Source: Lama glama (Eukaryota). From it: DNA of 64,000 bases. The notes beneath the pieces were generated by a model. It saw only the letters and a program-made list of their open reading frames with translations, was not told the DNA's origin and made no database searches. Every line of letters begins with the position of its first letter. Position 1 is the stretch's first letter. The translations under genes and the position numbers were made by a program. Location of the stretch: assembly GCA_028534125.1 (NCBI GenBank), contig CM052832.1, positions 14,386,001 through 14,450,000 on the forward strand, given 5' to 3'. Positions 39,060-53,494 of this stretch are shown piece by piece.

Positions 39060-39620
39060 TTTCACAAAAGAGCACATACTGCACTGATTCCATTTATATA
39101 AAGTTCTAGAACAGGCAAAACTAATCTACAGTATTGGAAAAATGTCAGAAGAGTAGTTGCTGGGGGGTGGGGAGGGGTAAGGATTAACTGGGAAGGGACA
39201 TGAGGGAACTTTCTTGGGTGATGGTAATATTTTGTATCTTGACAGGAATTTTGGTCACACAAATGTATGTATTTATCAAAACTCAGGAAATGGTAGACTC
39301 AAGATTCATGCATTTCATTTGTATAAATTTTACCACCCCCCTCCTCAAAAAACTATAAACAAATACTAAACTCTAACTAAACGATAAAATGTTTGGGGAT
39401 GAAATGTCTGTGAGTTATTCTGAAATGCATCAAAATACAACATGGATTTTTAAGTAGACTGAAGGATGGATAGACATGAGGCAAAGCAAGTACAGCACAA
39501 TATAACTGCAGAATCCAGGCTCTAGGTGGTGAGTATATAGCCATTTCACTCACTATTCAAGTCTCTTTCAAGTTTTCTGTGTGTTAGAAATTTTTCAGAG
39601 TAAAATACTGGGACAAAAAT
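39060..39620 (+). mobile_element. Old L1 3'-UTR fragment
   Basis: gattccatttatataaagttctagaacaggcaaaactaatcta...gagggaactttcttgggtgatggtaatatt. Confidence 0.75.
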
Positions 39621-40771
39621 CTCTTTCAGGATCAAATCTTCTAGAGAATAATAAATTGTAAGATCAACACTGGTTTGAGTTTCATCATTTGCAATGAACT
39701 CTGCTCAACATGCTAATAAGCAGAGACATGCCCAGCAGGCAAAGGCAACAAAGAGAAAGGAATGTGGGAAAGCTGACTTCACCATTATTCCGAGTCACAA
39801 AGCTTTCAGGCTTAAGGGCTCTCAGCACCACTTCTCTGTTGTGTGGCTTTCCCTATTCTGGAACCCAGGCTAACCCCAGGCTTGATGGTCTGAAAACTCA
39901 ATTATCAGGGTTCTCAGGGATGACCAGGCCCTGGGAAACAGGCTCGTATTAATCACACTCAAAAGACACTGATCATCAGTGAGTTACTTTAGGATGATAA
40001 GCAGCACATTAGAATACCAGGCCAGTAGAATACGTCTGTATTCCCCCATAGCCCGAAATCAATATGTAAGATCAAATCCACCGTCAGAATACTGCAAGGG
40101 AAAGGTATGTGGACAGTGCTGAGAGCTTATTAAATTATCCCTTTCCTACTTGTCATCCTTCCTGAAAATTGAATACAGGTGCTCACAGCAAGGTACCCTT
40201 CTCCTTGGAAAGTACTCTGGATCAACAATGCTAACACTGAAGCCCTCCAGGGCTGACAGGTTCCACGGCTAGGTTCTCCCAGTGGGGTAATCTGTACTGA
40301 GCAGCAGCTGACTGCCCACCAAGCCATTCAGTTCATCCTCACAACCAGCCTGCAGGGTATGGGGGAGACTGTAATTCCTCCCACTTTAAAGAAGAGGAAA
40401 CCAAACATCAGAAAAGTTAAATGCCTGTGGTCACAGGACTAGAAATATATGACCAGTGTCTGATTAATTTTCTTTCTAACTCATGGTATCCAGCTGGTTT
40501 AGGGCCTAGCTTCTACTCTACTAAAGCTCAGAGTATAATTTCAAATATGTGGGATTGAGAACACTGGAAGGGAGTGTACAGTGGTGGAAAGAATGAGGAC
40601 TCTGGAGTTAAGAAACTTGAGTTCAAAATCCACTTAATTTGTTGTGGAACCTTGAACAACTCATGTAACATCTCTTTCAATTTCTTTCTATAAAGCATGA
40701 AAAGAAAATCCTCACTAATGGATTATTGCTACAGACAAATAACATGACCTCTCTTCTTTAAGCCTCAGTTT

Positions 40772-40948
40772 TTTTCTATTTTTTATTTTTGTGGGGTTGG
40801 AGGAGGAAGGGAGCTGCAAGTTTTTAAAAAATTTTTATTATCTCTCTTAAAAAAAAACTTTTTTTAAATGGAGGTAACGGGGATTGAACCCAGATCTCCT
40901 GCATCCTTGGCATGTGTCCTACTACTGAACTATTTCTCTTCCCCAACG
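40772..40948 (-). mobile_element. tRNA-derived SINE (Vic-1-like) inserted in a MIR
   Basis: aaatggaggtaacggggattgaacccag...; TSD aagcctcagttt (40760-40771 / 40949-40960), which is MIR core sequence. Confidence 0.78.
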
Positions 40949-43900
40949 AAGCCTCAGTTTCTTCAAAGGTAAAATGGAGACATCAACACTGGGCTGCTAG
41001 AGAGATCTGAGAAAACACACAAGTCTTTGAGCAGTATTTGGTTTCCAGACCCAGCTCTAATGAGGAGTTAATTTATTATGACATGAGTTTGAGCAAGCTC
41101 TGCACTGCCTAAAAGACATGGGCTTCCCTGAATGACATCATCTTCAAAGTAAAAAGGCAAGATTCTTGCTGCTGAAAGCACAGATGGTGAGATTTGCCCC
41201 TTCTCCAAAGGCAGTGTCTGTCTGCCCCTGTTCTTGGGAGATTTTTGGGCCCTGCTACATTCTGGGCCACAGCAGGAGGCACTAAAGTACCTTCTTAAAT
41301 TAAGTCTTTCAAAAAATAGGGTAAAGCCTAAAAGTCATTTAGTTTTCACTCTGTAACCCACTTCTTTACACTAAGAAACATCTGCTGTCCTCGTGAAACC
41401 ACAGGTGCCAGGCGAACAGTTCACACAGTCCTACTCCCGCACTCACTTCAGTTTACAGAGCCTAAAAAGGGTTTGCACTTATGATTCACGTTCATCTGGT
41501 TCCAAAATAAACAGAATTCCACCTAAAAAACAAGTTCATCAAAACCCAGGTTCCTTTGTTTAAAAAAAAAAAAAAAGGACAGAACAGAGAGAAAGGGCTT
41601 CCTTCTGGCAGAAAATGTTTGAAACATGCTGTGTGAACAATAGTTCACTTCCTGGACACTCAGCTGGAAGCTGCTTCTCCATTCAGGACAAAACGTTTTA
41701 TGTGAGGGAGATGACGCCTTTCCACAAAGCAGCTCCTGGGCGAGAACACGAAGACAAAGACTGGGGACCCAGAAGGACACCAAAGAGAGGAGAGGGAGGG
41801 GAGGGAGTAGGGCTTCAACTCAGGATCTCGCCTTTCCAGGCAGGGGAGCTGAGGGCTGGGCCGTGGTGCTGCTGCCACCCTGTATACCTCAGAGAAAGCT
41901 GGGAAAACAGGAGGAGGTTGTGGAATCAGCGTGGTCATCTGTATCACGGTTAACACCTACGCTGCAGGTCTGTTAATGACCTCCACTTAACTGACCTACA
42001 GTTAGCTACTGCATGCCACTTCGTCCTTCAGTAAACCACAGCAGTGCAGGCCCACGTTCACAGCCGGCAGGATTCTCTCAGGCACACCACACCCGTGGGT
42101 CTTCTGTTTCCACCCAGAGTGTTCTGCTAACCAAGAATCAGTTGGGATCATTTCCAAACTGTTTAAGATGGCTATATTTGTTGATGAAAACAAAATTAAA
42201 CATTAAATAAATGACGAAACAAGCTCAAAAAGCTGTTTCTGTGACAACCAAGCAGATGCCTTGACAAGACTCAATAGCAGGATCATTGTTTAAAATGTGC
42301 TCTTGAATTAAGTGTTGTTGGAGAAATAAACTGCAAAAAAATTCTAAAAGGATTCTGTACTCAGACTGCTTCACAAGTGGCTAAATTTTTGCTTTACTTT
42401 TAAGAAACTCAAGCTAGAAATTTATTATAGACGTGATTCATGTCATAAAGACAGAGAACTCCAAATTAGCAGATCCACACAGAAAGAAAAAGCCCTAGCT
42501 CCACAGACTAGCCTGCACACCTGTGCGTTTGGGGTTAAATTAAAATGTTTGTATTCTTTTTAAAAATGACTTTCTCCTTCAACCAAGTTTTGTGATTAAC
42601 CAAACAACCCCCAGTCACAACTGGCCGTGTGGAAAGCCGCTGGGAGGAGCTGGCAGTGGTATCTAACAAGCTCTTGCCTCTGTTATCAATGTCCCAAGCT
42701 GTGCACATCGAATTCTCAAACCACTTTTCATTACCAAGTAGGTCTAAACTCCCACAGACACAGAGCCCCTCTCTGGCTGCTTCCTTCTCTCCACCAAGGG
42801 CTGGTAAACAATCCCTGGTGACCCCCAGCACTCTCAGCCCTTCCTTCTCCCTCATCGTGGTTCCCATGTGAATAATGCCCTACGCCTTCATTGATCACCA
42901 CGGCCATGGTCCAGGACCAACCAGCCCAGGCTATGCGATCTCTCCTGGTTACAGATCAAAGGCATTACAAGTCACAGGCTCTTAGATTCTATCAACTTCA
43001 GGCTACCTCGCACAAATCAAACTTCCAGCTTCGGGTAACAGCGCAAAGCATGTGGTGAACTGGAATCTGCCCTCAGCCCACTCAGATCTCAAGCTGGGAG
43101 CACAGACGAAGGTCACTTTATCTAGGACCTAGCCCCTCCACATGGTCCCCTTACCCTCCCTGACAGACCATGGGGCAGGGAGGAAAAGCAACTGGAATCC
43201 TCCAAGTTCTGAAGCTCAAGGGCATCCAAGATCATCCTAAACAAAAAGCCTGAGCTAGGAGCTAGAGTGTGCCCTGCCCCCAGTCCCATCAGGGAGTACA
43301 AAAATTATGGAAATAGCATCCTTATAACCCCCACATATAATCGTGGAAGATAAGGTACGTGGAAATACTCCACGGGAGTGACAGATGCGTGGAGGCTAAT
43401 TATCTTCTTGATGGAAAAAGAGCTCAGGGATACAGACCACAGAGAACTTGAGATGCCTGACCCTGGTTGGAAGCCTGGTGTGGGCCTACTGCTTATCCCA
43501 CGTCCCTACCAACCCCCATTCCTGCTGTTCCCAAGATGCCATGCTGAGCCTGGCAGGCTTCTGCCTCCTCTGCGGCCCTCAAATCCTCACCCTGTAATTC
43601 CTTCCAAGTCCAGTTCGTCACCTGTGTTCTTCCATGCCGTGTGTGGTCTAATACAGAAAAATATTCAGAGTCAGAACAAAAACAGGGCTTTATCTTTGGT
43701 TTATAACTTTGGCAAAATATATTAACCTACCTGAACCTTGTCTGTAAACAGGGATGATATCGCCTGCTTCATGGTACAGTATGGGGATTAAACCTGTTGA
43801 CAGAGGTAGCGTGGTGGGCACACAGTAGGCGTTCAATAAGCACTGGTGCCCTGCCAGCACCCTTTTGGACTGACCACATCTAAGGTTTCTGTTTGAGGAT

Positions 43901-46329
43901 ATTTATGGCAGAGGCAGCCTGGCTGGACTGTACTAACACAACATGCTCATGTAAGTATGATCTGAGGATGGATCCTAGTCCTGTGACAGAAGCAAACCAC
44001 GTCTCTTCAGCCTCTTTTGTATTTCCCACTGGTGCTCCTAGCAAGTACTGAGCACTGGGCAGGCTTAGTCAATACCCAGCGGAAAAACACACACAGAGCT
44101 TTTAAAGTGATAACACCTTCTTAGGGAGGGATTTGTTTAGGACATACATCTTTCTTGGATCTGAGATTTTTCCCAAAGAGGAAATGAAAGGGAGAAACTG
44201 ATGACTTTCCCAGCAGATGTATGGCATCTTTCCTCCTAAAATTCCTCCAACCACATCCTCACTGCGTCACTGCTAAGTTCCTGCCAACATCCTCTTGTAT
44301 ATCAGCCCCATGCTGACCTCAACCACAAGAACCGTGTCCTTTCCTCTTTAAAAAAATGAAATATTTCTTAAATTCCAAAGAGTATATTTTATAACATTGT
44401 GATTCAACAATAATAAATGACCCATCCACATGCTCACAGTCTGGTTCAGGAAATAGCACATGACTCGTACACTGAAGCTCCAACACAGCCTTTCCTGGAT
44501 CATGCCTTCCTTCTCTGTTCCTCTGAGGCCACCAGCCTCCCAGACTGAATGCTATCACCCTCTTGCTTGTCTTTAGAGTTTACCATCTATGTCAGTATTT
44601 CTCAGAACATAGGTTCCTCTCTCTCTTTTTTGGCATAGTGGACAGGAGCACAACTTGATGTCCCTGATATAACTCATTAGGCTGGGACCAGACCTCAGGG
44701 ACAGGGGTTCCCTTTGGCTGGTGAGCAAATAGGAGGCCAGAGGAACGTCCCAGAAGTCATGGCACTGGGGAGGTAAAGGGAGAGCAACAAGCCCTTGTTT
44801 CTCAGCGGGCAGGCAGGGCAAGACCACGTGCCTCCTGGGATTCCTGAGAAAACTCCTTCCCTATACGGGCAGCAGCATGAAACAGTGTGAGCTATGCTTC
44901 ACATTAAAGTACACAACCAACTGGATAATCAGACAGAACACAATCTTTTCAAAACAGTCTCATTGAGGACTGCCTGCCCTGGGAAAGCCCTGGGGACCTG
45001 CACTCTTGGGCCCGTTGGCAAGGCAATTACAGTCTGTGTACTTTCTTAGGAAGAATCCTTGGAAAAGCTGGCCACAGGGAGAGGGAAGGCAGAAAAGATG
45101 GCCATGCTGCCCCCACCACACTGTGAGAACCTGGCATTGGGAGATCCCTGGGCTACCCACCCTGCAAAGACCATCTCTAGCCTTGGCCTGAACCAAGATT
45201 CCAGAGCAACCATGACCCGCCAGTCCCAACTGCTCCGCAAGCATGTATCACTACCAAGAACTCTTCTCCAGGGACTGTGTGTATGCCTAGGAGGGAGGAC
45301 CCTTTGGAAAAGGGGTGGGAGCTACAGCCTTAAGACAAATCAAGAGGGAAAGGTCGGTCAGAGGAGCCAAGGAAAGACTGGGTTTATTCGTGTCTGAGTA
45401 AGACCCAGGACCACTATTACTTTTCATATTTCTCATAACTTCATAACATCTCTATTGTTGGCTATTTCTGCCAGCCTCTCAGTTTCCAGTTTTGTTTTGT
45501 TTGATAAGCAGTAACAATTTAAAAGGGGACTGTGTGCTTATTTCAGGTACAGCGGAACTGGGGGATAAGAGGAGAGAGGGAGGAGACAGAGTGGGGAAGG
45601 CAGCCTAAACGGTGTGCCAATGCCTGATGTCTATGAGAGAGGAGAAAGGGTGAGGGGAAGCTTGCTGGCACCCCCAGGAATCCCTGGCAAAGGTCAGGGG
45701 TCCTGGGTTCGGCTTCTCAGCTCCATTCTTAGTTGAGGTATAGGAACCAAATCTCAAATACGCTCCCACACAGCTGAAAATAAACAGGATGGCTTTAGTC
45801 AAAACTGTGAAGTACGAAACCTCTAACCTCCTTTTTTTCTCTTCATACTTTGCTCCCAGAAGTGAGAACAAGTAAGTACAGCTGGTTCAGGGATCAACAA
45901 ACTCAGCCCTGGGCTCTCACTGCTGTGTCGATGGAAACGGATGACAGGGAGGTGAGGCCACGTGAGGCAGGAAGCCACAGATTCAGCCAGTAGGGACCTC
46001 GATGATCCAGATGAATCTCCCTGTTTTGCAGGTGGGGAAAGTGAGGCTCAGAGTCATTAAAAAACTTAATCAAGGCAACGAGAGAGGCAATAGAAGGGCT
46101 AAACCTTGCTTCTTGCCTCTCTGCCGAGACACCCCACTGACCTTGCTGCCAGGGAAGTGGCAGAATACCGAGAGGCTATTGGTGGGTACGCTGCACTTTC
46201 CCACTTCAACAGGGGGACTCAGGGCGGTGGTCCCTAAACTTAGCAAATGTGGGGGCCAGTTTCCCCCCTAACTGGGATAATGGGAATGTTATAAGGTTGT
46301 CTTTCATCATGGCAAATTAGAACTTTAAA

Positions 46330-46655
46330 AATTAACATGATGGAAGTATGAAGGAGATCTTTGTGATGACAGAATAATTCTGCATCTTAATTATGGTGAT
46401 GGTTAGACAAACCTACACATAACAAAACTGCATAGAACCACCCCCTCACTCACACACACACACACACACAACTGGTGAAATGTGAACAGGGTTTGTGGAT
46501 CATACCAATGTCAACTTCCTGGTTCTGATATTGTACGAGAGTTATGTAACACATTACACTGTTGGCAGAAATGGGGTGATGGGTACCAAATAAAGGAACT
46601 CTCTGTACTATTTCTGCAACTCCCTGTGAATCTATAATTATTTCAAACAAAAATA
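46330..46655 (+). mobile_element. Old L1 3' fragment containing a (CA)n tract
   Basis: ccaatgtcaacttcctggtt...ctctctgtactatttctgcaactccctgtgaatctataattatttcaaa; CA repeat at about 46451-46469. Confidence 0.7.
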
Positions 46656-47479
46656 TGAATAAAGAAGAACATTTTAAGTTAATATGAAAACCATCCCCTT
46701 CATTTGCTAAAAGGACAACTAAAGTACAAAAAGAGATGGACATAATTAGAATAAAGGCAGTTGGCAACAACATACCCTCAGCACCACCATGATACTCCTC
46801 ATTGTCCCTAACTTTCTCCCTATATTGCGGACCAGTCAAAATTGTGTTGAGGACTATCTCAGTAAGAATGCAAAATTCAGGATCCTCCATCCTCACCAGC
46901 CTGGCAAGCAAACACTATGCCAACAGACCCACCCGAAGGGAGGCCTGGCATCCAGCTCGCTTTCTTCCCAGCCTGGCTGGCTTCTGACAGTTCTCTGCAG
47001 GCGGGAGGGACTAGAACACAAAAGTGGGACAGGAAGAGAGTGATGCTGAGGCTGGGAGGGGGGCAGGGCATGCAGGGGTTGCCGACAGTTTCTCCTCTGC
47101 CTTCTACTCTTCTCTCCAGTGCCCAGAACCCTCTGCTTTTCCTCTTCTCTGCCACCAGAGCAGAGAGACTCAGTATCAGCCACTTCCACTCGCAGGTTTT
47201 CCCCTCTCTCTGGCTCAGCTCTGAGATCCAGAGTCTAGTCTTATAGTGTCCTCTCCTTTCAGCCAGCCTCCACCCGTGGCAGCTACTTTCAGAGCCCTGG
47301 GTACTTGCCTGCCACATCCCCTCCAGCACCGGGACCCCAGGAGCAGGTCTGTCCTGATATGTGCCAAGAGGGATGGGGTGGGGTGCTCCTCAAAGACTCC
47401 CAGGTCAGGGCCGGGGGTGGCAAGTACATCCAAGAAAGCCTGGGAGGCCTCAGCCTGGGGCCACTGACCGGGCAGGGCC

Positions 47480-47858
47480 GCCCACGCTGCAGGCACCTGC
47501 CTATGCTCCTTCAGCTCACCAATCCGACAGTTTCCAATTGCAAACACCTGCTACTCTCTGCGGAGTCTTTCTGGCCACCAGAGCCCCTGGGCCTGTACCC
47601 TAGGTGGACTGGAAGTGCCCAGGAGTCAATGTCCTGCCCCTCCTCCCGCCAGGGAGCGGCTCTCACTCAGACTGACTGGCTCCCTCCACCCCTAGTTGGG
47701 AGAACTTTGAAGCTACCTCCCAGTGTTCCCTGGTAGGTCTTGCCCAGGCCCAGAGTGGTGATCCCTTGATAACAAACCATCTCACTTCCCTACCACTGCT
47801 TCCTGGGATCCTCTATTTGCATACAGATACTGCTTTGGGGGAAACAAAACCCAAGACA
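47480..47858. mobile_element. Degenerate ERVL-class LTR (LTR16-like end)
   Basis: Terminus ctgctttgggggaaacaaaacccaagaca resembles LTR16 ends; start position uncertain. Confidence 0.4.
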
Positions 47859-48250
47859 GATGGTCACAGGGAACCCCAGCAATGGGGAAATTGGAGCCAA
47901 ATTTCAACCACGAATGAGGATGCATATCTTTTTAAGGAAGGAAATTGCTAACAGTGTGGCCACTTTCAGATACTAGAAAGTTACTAAGGGAAAAAAATGA
48001 TAAAGACTTGATTTGCCTGGGTAATTCTCATTATAGCCATTTATATGAACTGCTTTTCATTTCCCTAATTACCACTAGCACAATAATTATCACAGCCATA
48101 TTAAACGTGTCAGAAAAAACACGCATCACATTTTATTCCGTTACTAGTGTTCTGCATTCCCACATAGTTCTTGTGTGTTCACAACTGGGTGCTCCATTGC
48201 ATAGTCTGTTCACAACTGGAGGAAACACACCTGAGACTTACCTCTTAAAG

Positions 48251-48432
48251 CAGAGGCTGTCAAGCTTCAGTGTGCATGGAATCACCCAGACAGCAAGTTA
48301 CAACCTTGGCTGCTGGGCTCCCCCTGAAGCGTCTAATTCAGTAAGTCTGGGGAGAAGCGAGGAATATGCATTCTAGAAAGTTTTCAGGTGAAGCTGATGC
48401 TGCTGTTCTGTAATCACACTTTGAGAACCACC
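48251..48432. mobile_element. MER5A-like hAT-Charlie DNA transposon
   Basis: aagcttcagtgtgcatggaatcacc...aattcagtaagtctgggg...caggtgaagctgatgctgctg...cacactttgagaaccac. Confidence 0.75.
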
Positions 48433-50666
48433 ATTTTAAAGTGCCATAATCTGGGAAAGAACCAACTACAAGGTCAAACTTTCCAGCTGGCATTTGCAAC
48501 ATGAAAGGTTGACACTCTGCATCAAGAAAACAGGTGGAATCTTCTAATACTGTCACTGAACCAAAATCCAATTCAGTATGCTGACAGTTTCAACCAAGAG
48601 ATAAAATTAACTGTTACTCAAATGAATCCCAGGAGATCTGGGTTTGCTCCTTTGTTCAGTCAGAGTGAGTGCCCACTCTGTGCCAAGGATGTTGCTAGGC
48701 AACAGAGGTTTGGGCACTGTCAAAGGTCTGGTGAGACTCTGGGTAGGTCACAACCTTTATAACCTGTAAAGGAGATAACTCACATTTTGGGAACCTTCCA
48801 GCTCTGACATTTTCCAATGAATCAAACCAGTATGTGGCTCAAAACAAAAATATTCTGCCTGGCTGTGTGAGCAGCATGATAAGAAATGTTGGTAAGATCC
48901 CAGCTGTTTCAACAGGCCGACTATGACAGGGCAGGTGAAGCCCTGGCAGCAGTCCTGGCCCTGGTCAGTGCAATTTGATTCAACGAACGCCCCAATTAAA
49001 GGTGCTGCCAAGGTAGGTCAGTACTATGCCCAATATCAACCAATGAATTTAAAAGCACCCAGCATGAAATCCATGTTCATAATTGGTACTCCCCTGATAA
49101 TATTATGACATATAATCACTCCAACTGCTGAAGGGAAAACTGGAGCCGCTCGCTAGAATTAAGGATGCTATGATAACCTCCTCAACTGAGGTTTTAAATG
49201 AGCCCTGTGCTAACAGCTTTCCTGTTCTGAATGCAAAGCAGGATGCCAGCGGAGAGGCGGGGCAGCCACCTGTGAAGGGCAGCCGCTGATGACACCACTC
49301 TGTAGTTCTGAGAGGCCTGGCTTCTGCACCAATCTCCTGATGTGTCCCCAGTAAAGCACTGACCTTCCAGATTCCATGGAGAACCTGCAGGAAACACTCT
49401 TGTTTTATTCTATTTTACAGATAGAGAAACTGATACCCAGAGATAACCACAACTTGCTCAGAATCACCAACAAGTCAACCGTGGAACTGAAGAAAGTGAG
49501 GCTGTCTGATTTCTGACCAACTCAGATTGGCAACATCCAATCAGTATGCGGCTGGCCTTGAGGAAGAAAGGAACTCAGTTAAAACAAACAGCTACCCCAA
49601 GACTCATAGGAAATGTGGCATTAAGGTTAAAATGGCAGTATCAAGGAGGGGACCATGGGCCTGGGGCACATGTACCCCCTGCCAAGCCAACCAAAAGAAA
49701 CAGAAAATTCTTTTATATATAAACAACTAACGTTTTCTTAGTCTCACATAAGATATAAATAAAAGCATATTGAGAACGTTATTTTTGTTAAATTAACACA
49801 TAAAACTTAAGTAAAATAGTGAAGCATATCATTAAGACAAGCCCCTACCTTCAGTCAGACTGCCGCCCTGAACCTCTCCTTAATACAGAAGGCAGAGCCA
49901 CAGACCTCCTTCCCAGAAGCTCCCTAGGAGAAGGAACTACGTCCTTTACCTGCACCCCTGCACGCAGCCCCTGGCACAGTGCCTGGCACGGGGCTGGCAC
50001 CTAGTGAATACCTGCTGACTAAGTGGACGTTCAGCCCGCCTGGACAGCCAGTGGCAGTGCGGCCGAGAAAGGGCTCCGGGGAGGCCAGCAGTGCCTTTCC
50101 GCCTGTTACTCATAGCGAGATGGTTTCTAAGCCAACGTTTGCCACCTACTCACAGGGTAATGAGTCCCACAGGCTTACTGTCACCCATGTAAAGCGAGCT
50201 GTCTTCTCGATCCATTCTAATATACCACCACCAAGTTTCTGCCTCTGTTTTATCTCATTATGCTGGGATTTAGGAACGAGGCTGTGCTCAACCTATTTAG
50301 CCCTGCTGTGATTTCACAGGCATCATACTCTCAGCTCAGGCTTCCTTTCCTTGGACACAGAGCCCTCGCCTTTGTAGATCTGACTGCCTCTAACCAAGCT
50401 CGCCTCAGACTTACGATGCTGCATTTCCTTTTCCAGCTCAAAGCTGAGAAAATACCGACACAACTACCGTATTACATAAAACTGAGCAAATGATACAATG
50501 ATACTGGCCCAAGTAATGTTAAGCATACAAAGCCTTGGAAATGTATTTTAATTAATACAAGTAAGAAGCATTGTCAAAACTAAATCAAGGGCATAGTCAC
50601 AAACTTGGTGGGGGAAAACAATGCTCCCCAAATGCAGCAATTTTCACAAGCCAGGTTGAGACCTAG

Positions 50667-51651
50667 TGAGACAGGATGGAAGGGGGCAGGGCACAGCCAT
50701 TCAAGGAATGCTACAGCAATTAACATCAAAATGGTAAAAGATTCAGTCCCCAGTAAGCCTTGAGGCTCAGGATGATGAGAGCTTTAACTTCTAGCAGATC
50801 CTGAGCATCATTATACGCTCACTGTAATATATTAACACGGTGAATAACACACCCACAGGCACCATGGCAGTCCCAAGGCTAGCCACAAAAGGTCGAAGAG
50901 TGGGAAATGGCCAACTTCCTGGGAATCCCAGCCCCTTCCACAGGCTACTCAGACTGGTCCTTCCACTTATTAGCGTATGAAGCCACCAAGCCCATAAAAA
51001 CCAGCACCTCGGCCATCTCTGGCCCACATTCTGTCTATAGAATGTGTACCTACTTTTAATCTGAGCACCCAACCCCCACATCTCGTGGCCTTTCTCTTGC
51101 CTTTCAATGTATCTCCGTGAATAAGTCTACCTTTACTGAACCGTGGCTCGCTCTTGAATTCTTTCCTGCGCGAAGCCAAGGACCCACGCTTGGCGGGGCA
51201 CGTTCCAGGGGCTCAACCGAAGCCTGGCACACGGCCCTTCTCACGTGCCACATCTGTTTTCCTGCATCATATCTCTGGTGCCCAGTGTGGGGCATTTACA
51301 TAAAGAAACAGGGCTCAAAGGGCATAATCTCAATCCGCCTATTGGGTTATGGCTCCCCTCTCTTCGGAGGGTGGCAGGGGGTTTCTCCCGAGCCATGCAG
51401 ATTCAAGTAGCCCTTAGGTGGCAGCGGACACTGTTTGCAGGATCTAGCAGAGACCAGCTCTCTAGCCATGAAGGAGCCCACCAAGCCCAAGGCTTTTCTC
51501 CTCTGGATCTTTTCTCATTCTCTCCTCTATTGATCTTGAATTCCTTCCTGTGCGAAGCCAAGGACCCACACTTGGTGGGGCAAATCCCAGGGGCTCAAGC
51601 GAAGCCTGGGACATGGCCCTTCTCACACCCCACATCTGTTTTCCTGCATCA
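50667..51651 (+). mobile_element. Internally deleted ERV: full 5' LTR (50667-51269), PBS, leader, 3' end of the 3' LTR (51534-51651)
   Basis: TG...CA termini; TATA-like cataaaaa; aataag polyA variant; PBS tggtgcccagtgtggggc at 51276-51293; 118-bp direct repeat; flanks ctag/ccag. Confidence 0.8.
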
Positions 51652-53434
51652 CCAGTAAATGTTCCCTTGTGGAAAGACTGCCCAAAGGAACTCTGGGTGC
51701 TCCCTCCACTGATAACTTCAAATAAAGCACTTAGGGCAGTTCTCTCTCAGAAGTGGGGCTGGAACAAGATGCAATGTGCCGTCTGCTCAGGTCTATTGGG
51801 GCAAGTGAACCCCTTCCAGAGCAAGTTACTGCATCTCCGCATGAGGACCAGCAGCCTCGTTCTTCACTGAGATTAGTCTCTCTTTCCATCCTCAAGGGTC
51901 TGGGAGATTTTACACTGAAATCTTTGTCAGCAGTGAAACAAATGCATCCATCACTAAGCTCTGGCCTTAGAAACTGGCAGTTCTCAAATGGTTGCCCAGG
52001 ATGAAAAAAGGCTGAATCTAATTGAACCTTCAGGAGGGATTTAGCCCAGAGAAACAGCATTATCTGAACTGGAGCATGGCCAGAACTCTGACTTAATGCC
52101 CCAACAGGGAGATGCATCAAGAACCTTCATTCTGGACCAGCAGCAGTATTTCTGATTTTTAAAAAATGGGCTTTTGGAAATTTCCTTTTTAGACTAATCA
52201 ATTCCACCAGTACCATATATGTCAGAGATGTTAACTCTTCTGCTCTATCAGGTAAGTGCCCATAAAGCCTGTAAATGGCTTTAAACACATGGACCCAGCT
52301 GAGGATTCAGTGAGTTATGCAGTCACTCTACTGCGGAGTCCTTCTGGAGACCCACAGGGACAGATGGAGCTACCTGGGCAGGAGCTGATATTTTAATTGA
52401 AATTTACCGATGTTTGTTCTTTTCTCCTCTCAATCTAATTTAAAAGATTAGAGGCCAAAGACTGGCCAAACCTATTTCTGTTCTTGACTTAAATGTATAA
52501 TACTTGAAAACAAAAAGAGCTATAACACCCACTGCAACACCTGCAAGGTGGCTTTTATCTCCAACATTCTTTACAAATGTTAACTATTTTACGTATGGGG
52601 GGAAGGGGTGGGCAATAGATAGTTAGCTTAAAACTTATATTGGCATTTAGATGTAAAACTCAATATCCTCTTTCCAAATAAGAATGTTTTAGCAAAACAT
52701 TTTCAACTTAAAAAATGGAAGGGGGGGCTAATCTATCAAATTAAGTGAGAAATCCATAAAATACTGGCAATAAACCTCTCCTGAAATCCATAAATTTCTC
52801 TGCTCCCATCTGTGAAGCAAATGATTCTGGATATTCTGTAGAATTTCTTAGTTGCGGTATAAAGGAGCTATTACATTACTAGGGAATGAAAAAGAAAATA
52901 AAATGCAAAATGGAAGGGTGAGCTGGAGAAGGACTTAATTATTCTCTCCCTCCAGAAGAAAAAGAAAGATACCTGGGCCCAAGCATGGCAAGGTCCTGAA
53001 CAATGCAAACCCTGAGCCCTTTGGAGTGACCACGACATTTTAAGGACTCAGGATCTCTGACATCCTTCCTACATATTTCTAAGTGCCCCTTTTGGGCTGG
53101 GGAGCTTATGGGCTTGTAAAAATGAACTGTGATTACTGTCCTGGAAATGTCTCTAATCTGGTTAGGGAGACAGGCCGTGCACAAAAAACAAGATCAGCAA
53201 TGCCCAAAGTGCCAAATCAGTGCCTGAGGAGAGAACCACCAGGGGAAAGGCCTCTGCAACCGCAGGCTGCGAGAGGGCAGGTTTCGAGCCAGAGACTGGT
53301 CCCCGGAACTGGGCCCCCGGTCCTCACCACTCTTTGCCAGGCTAACTCCTTCAATCTGACCTGAGCCTCTCTACCTCCCATCTCTCACAGCACTTTATTC
53401 TTTTTCTTCAAGAGCACTTAACTTCATTTGGGAC

Positions 53435-53435
<1 letters not shown>

Positions 53436-53466
<31 letters not shown>

Positions 53467-53494
53467 TATATGTGTGTATATATATATATATATA
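53436..53494. repeat. Interrupted (TA)n microsatellite within an L2 remnant
   Basis: tatatata...catatatatatgtgtgtatata; an L2-like 3' end (gtaggctctcaatgaatatgttggatgaatgagt) follows. Confidence 0.9.

Noticed and set aside
47520..47547. Possible micro-exon on - (cag|GTGTTT...ATTG|gtgagc)
   Set aside because: No pyrimidine tract, 28 nt is frame-shifting, and it lies in probable LTR-derived sequence.
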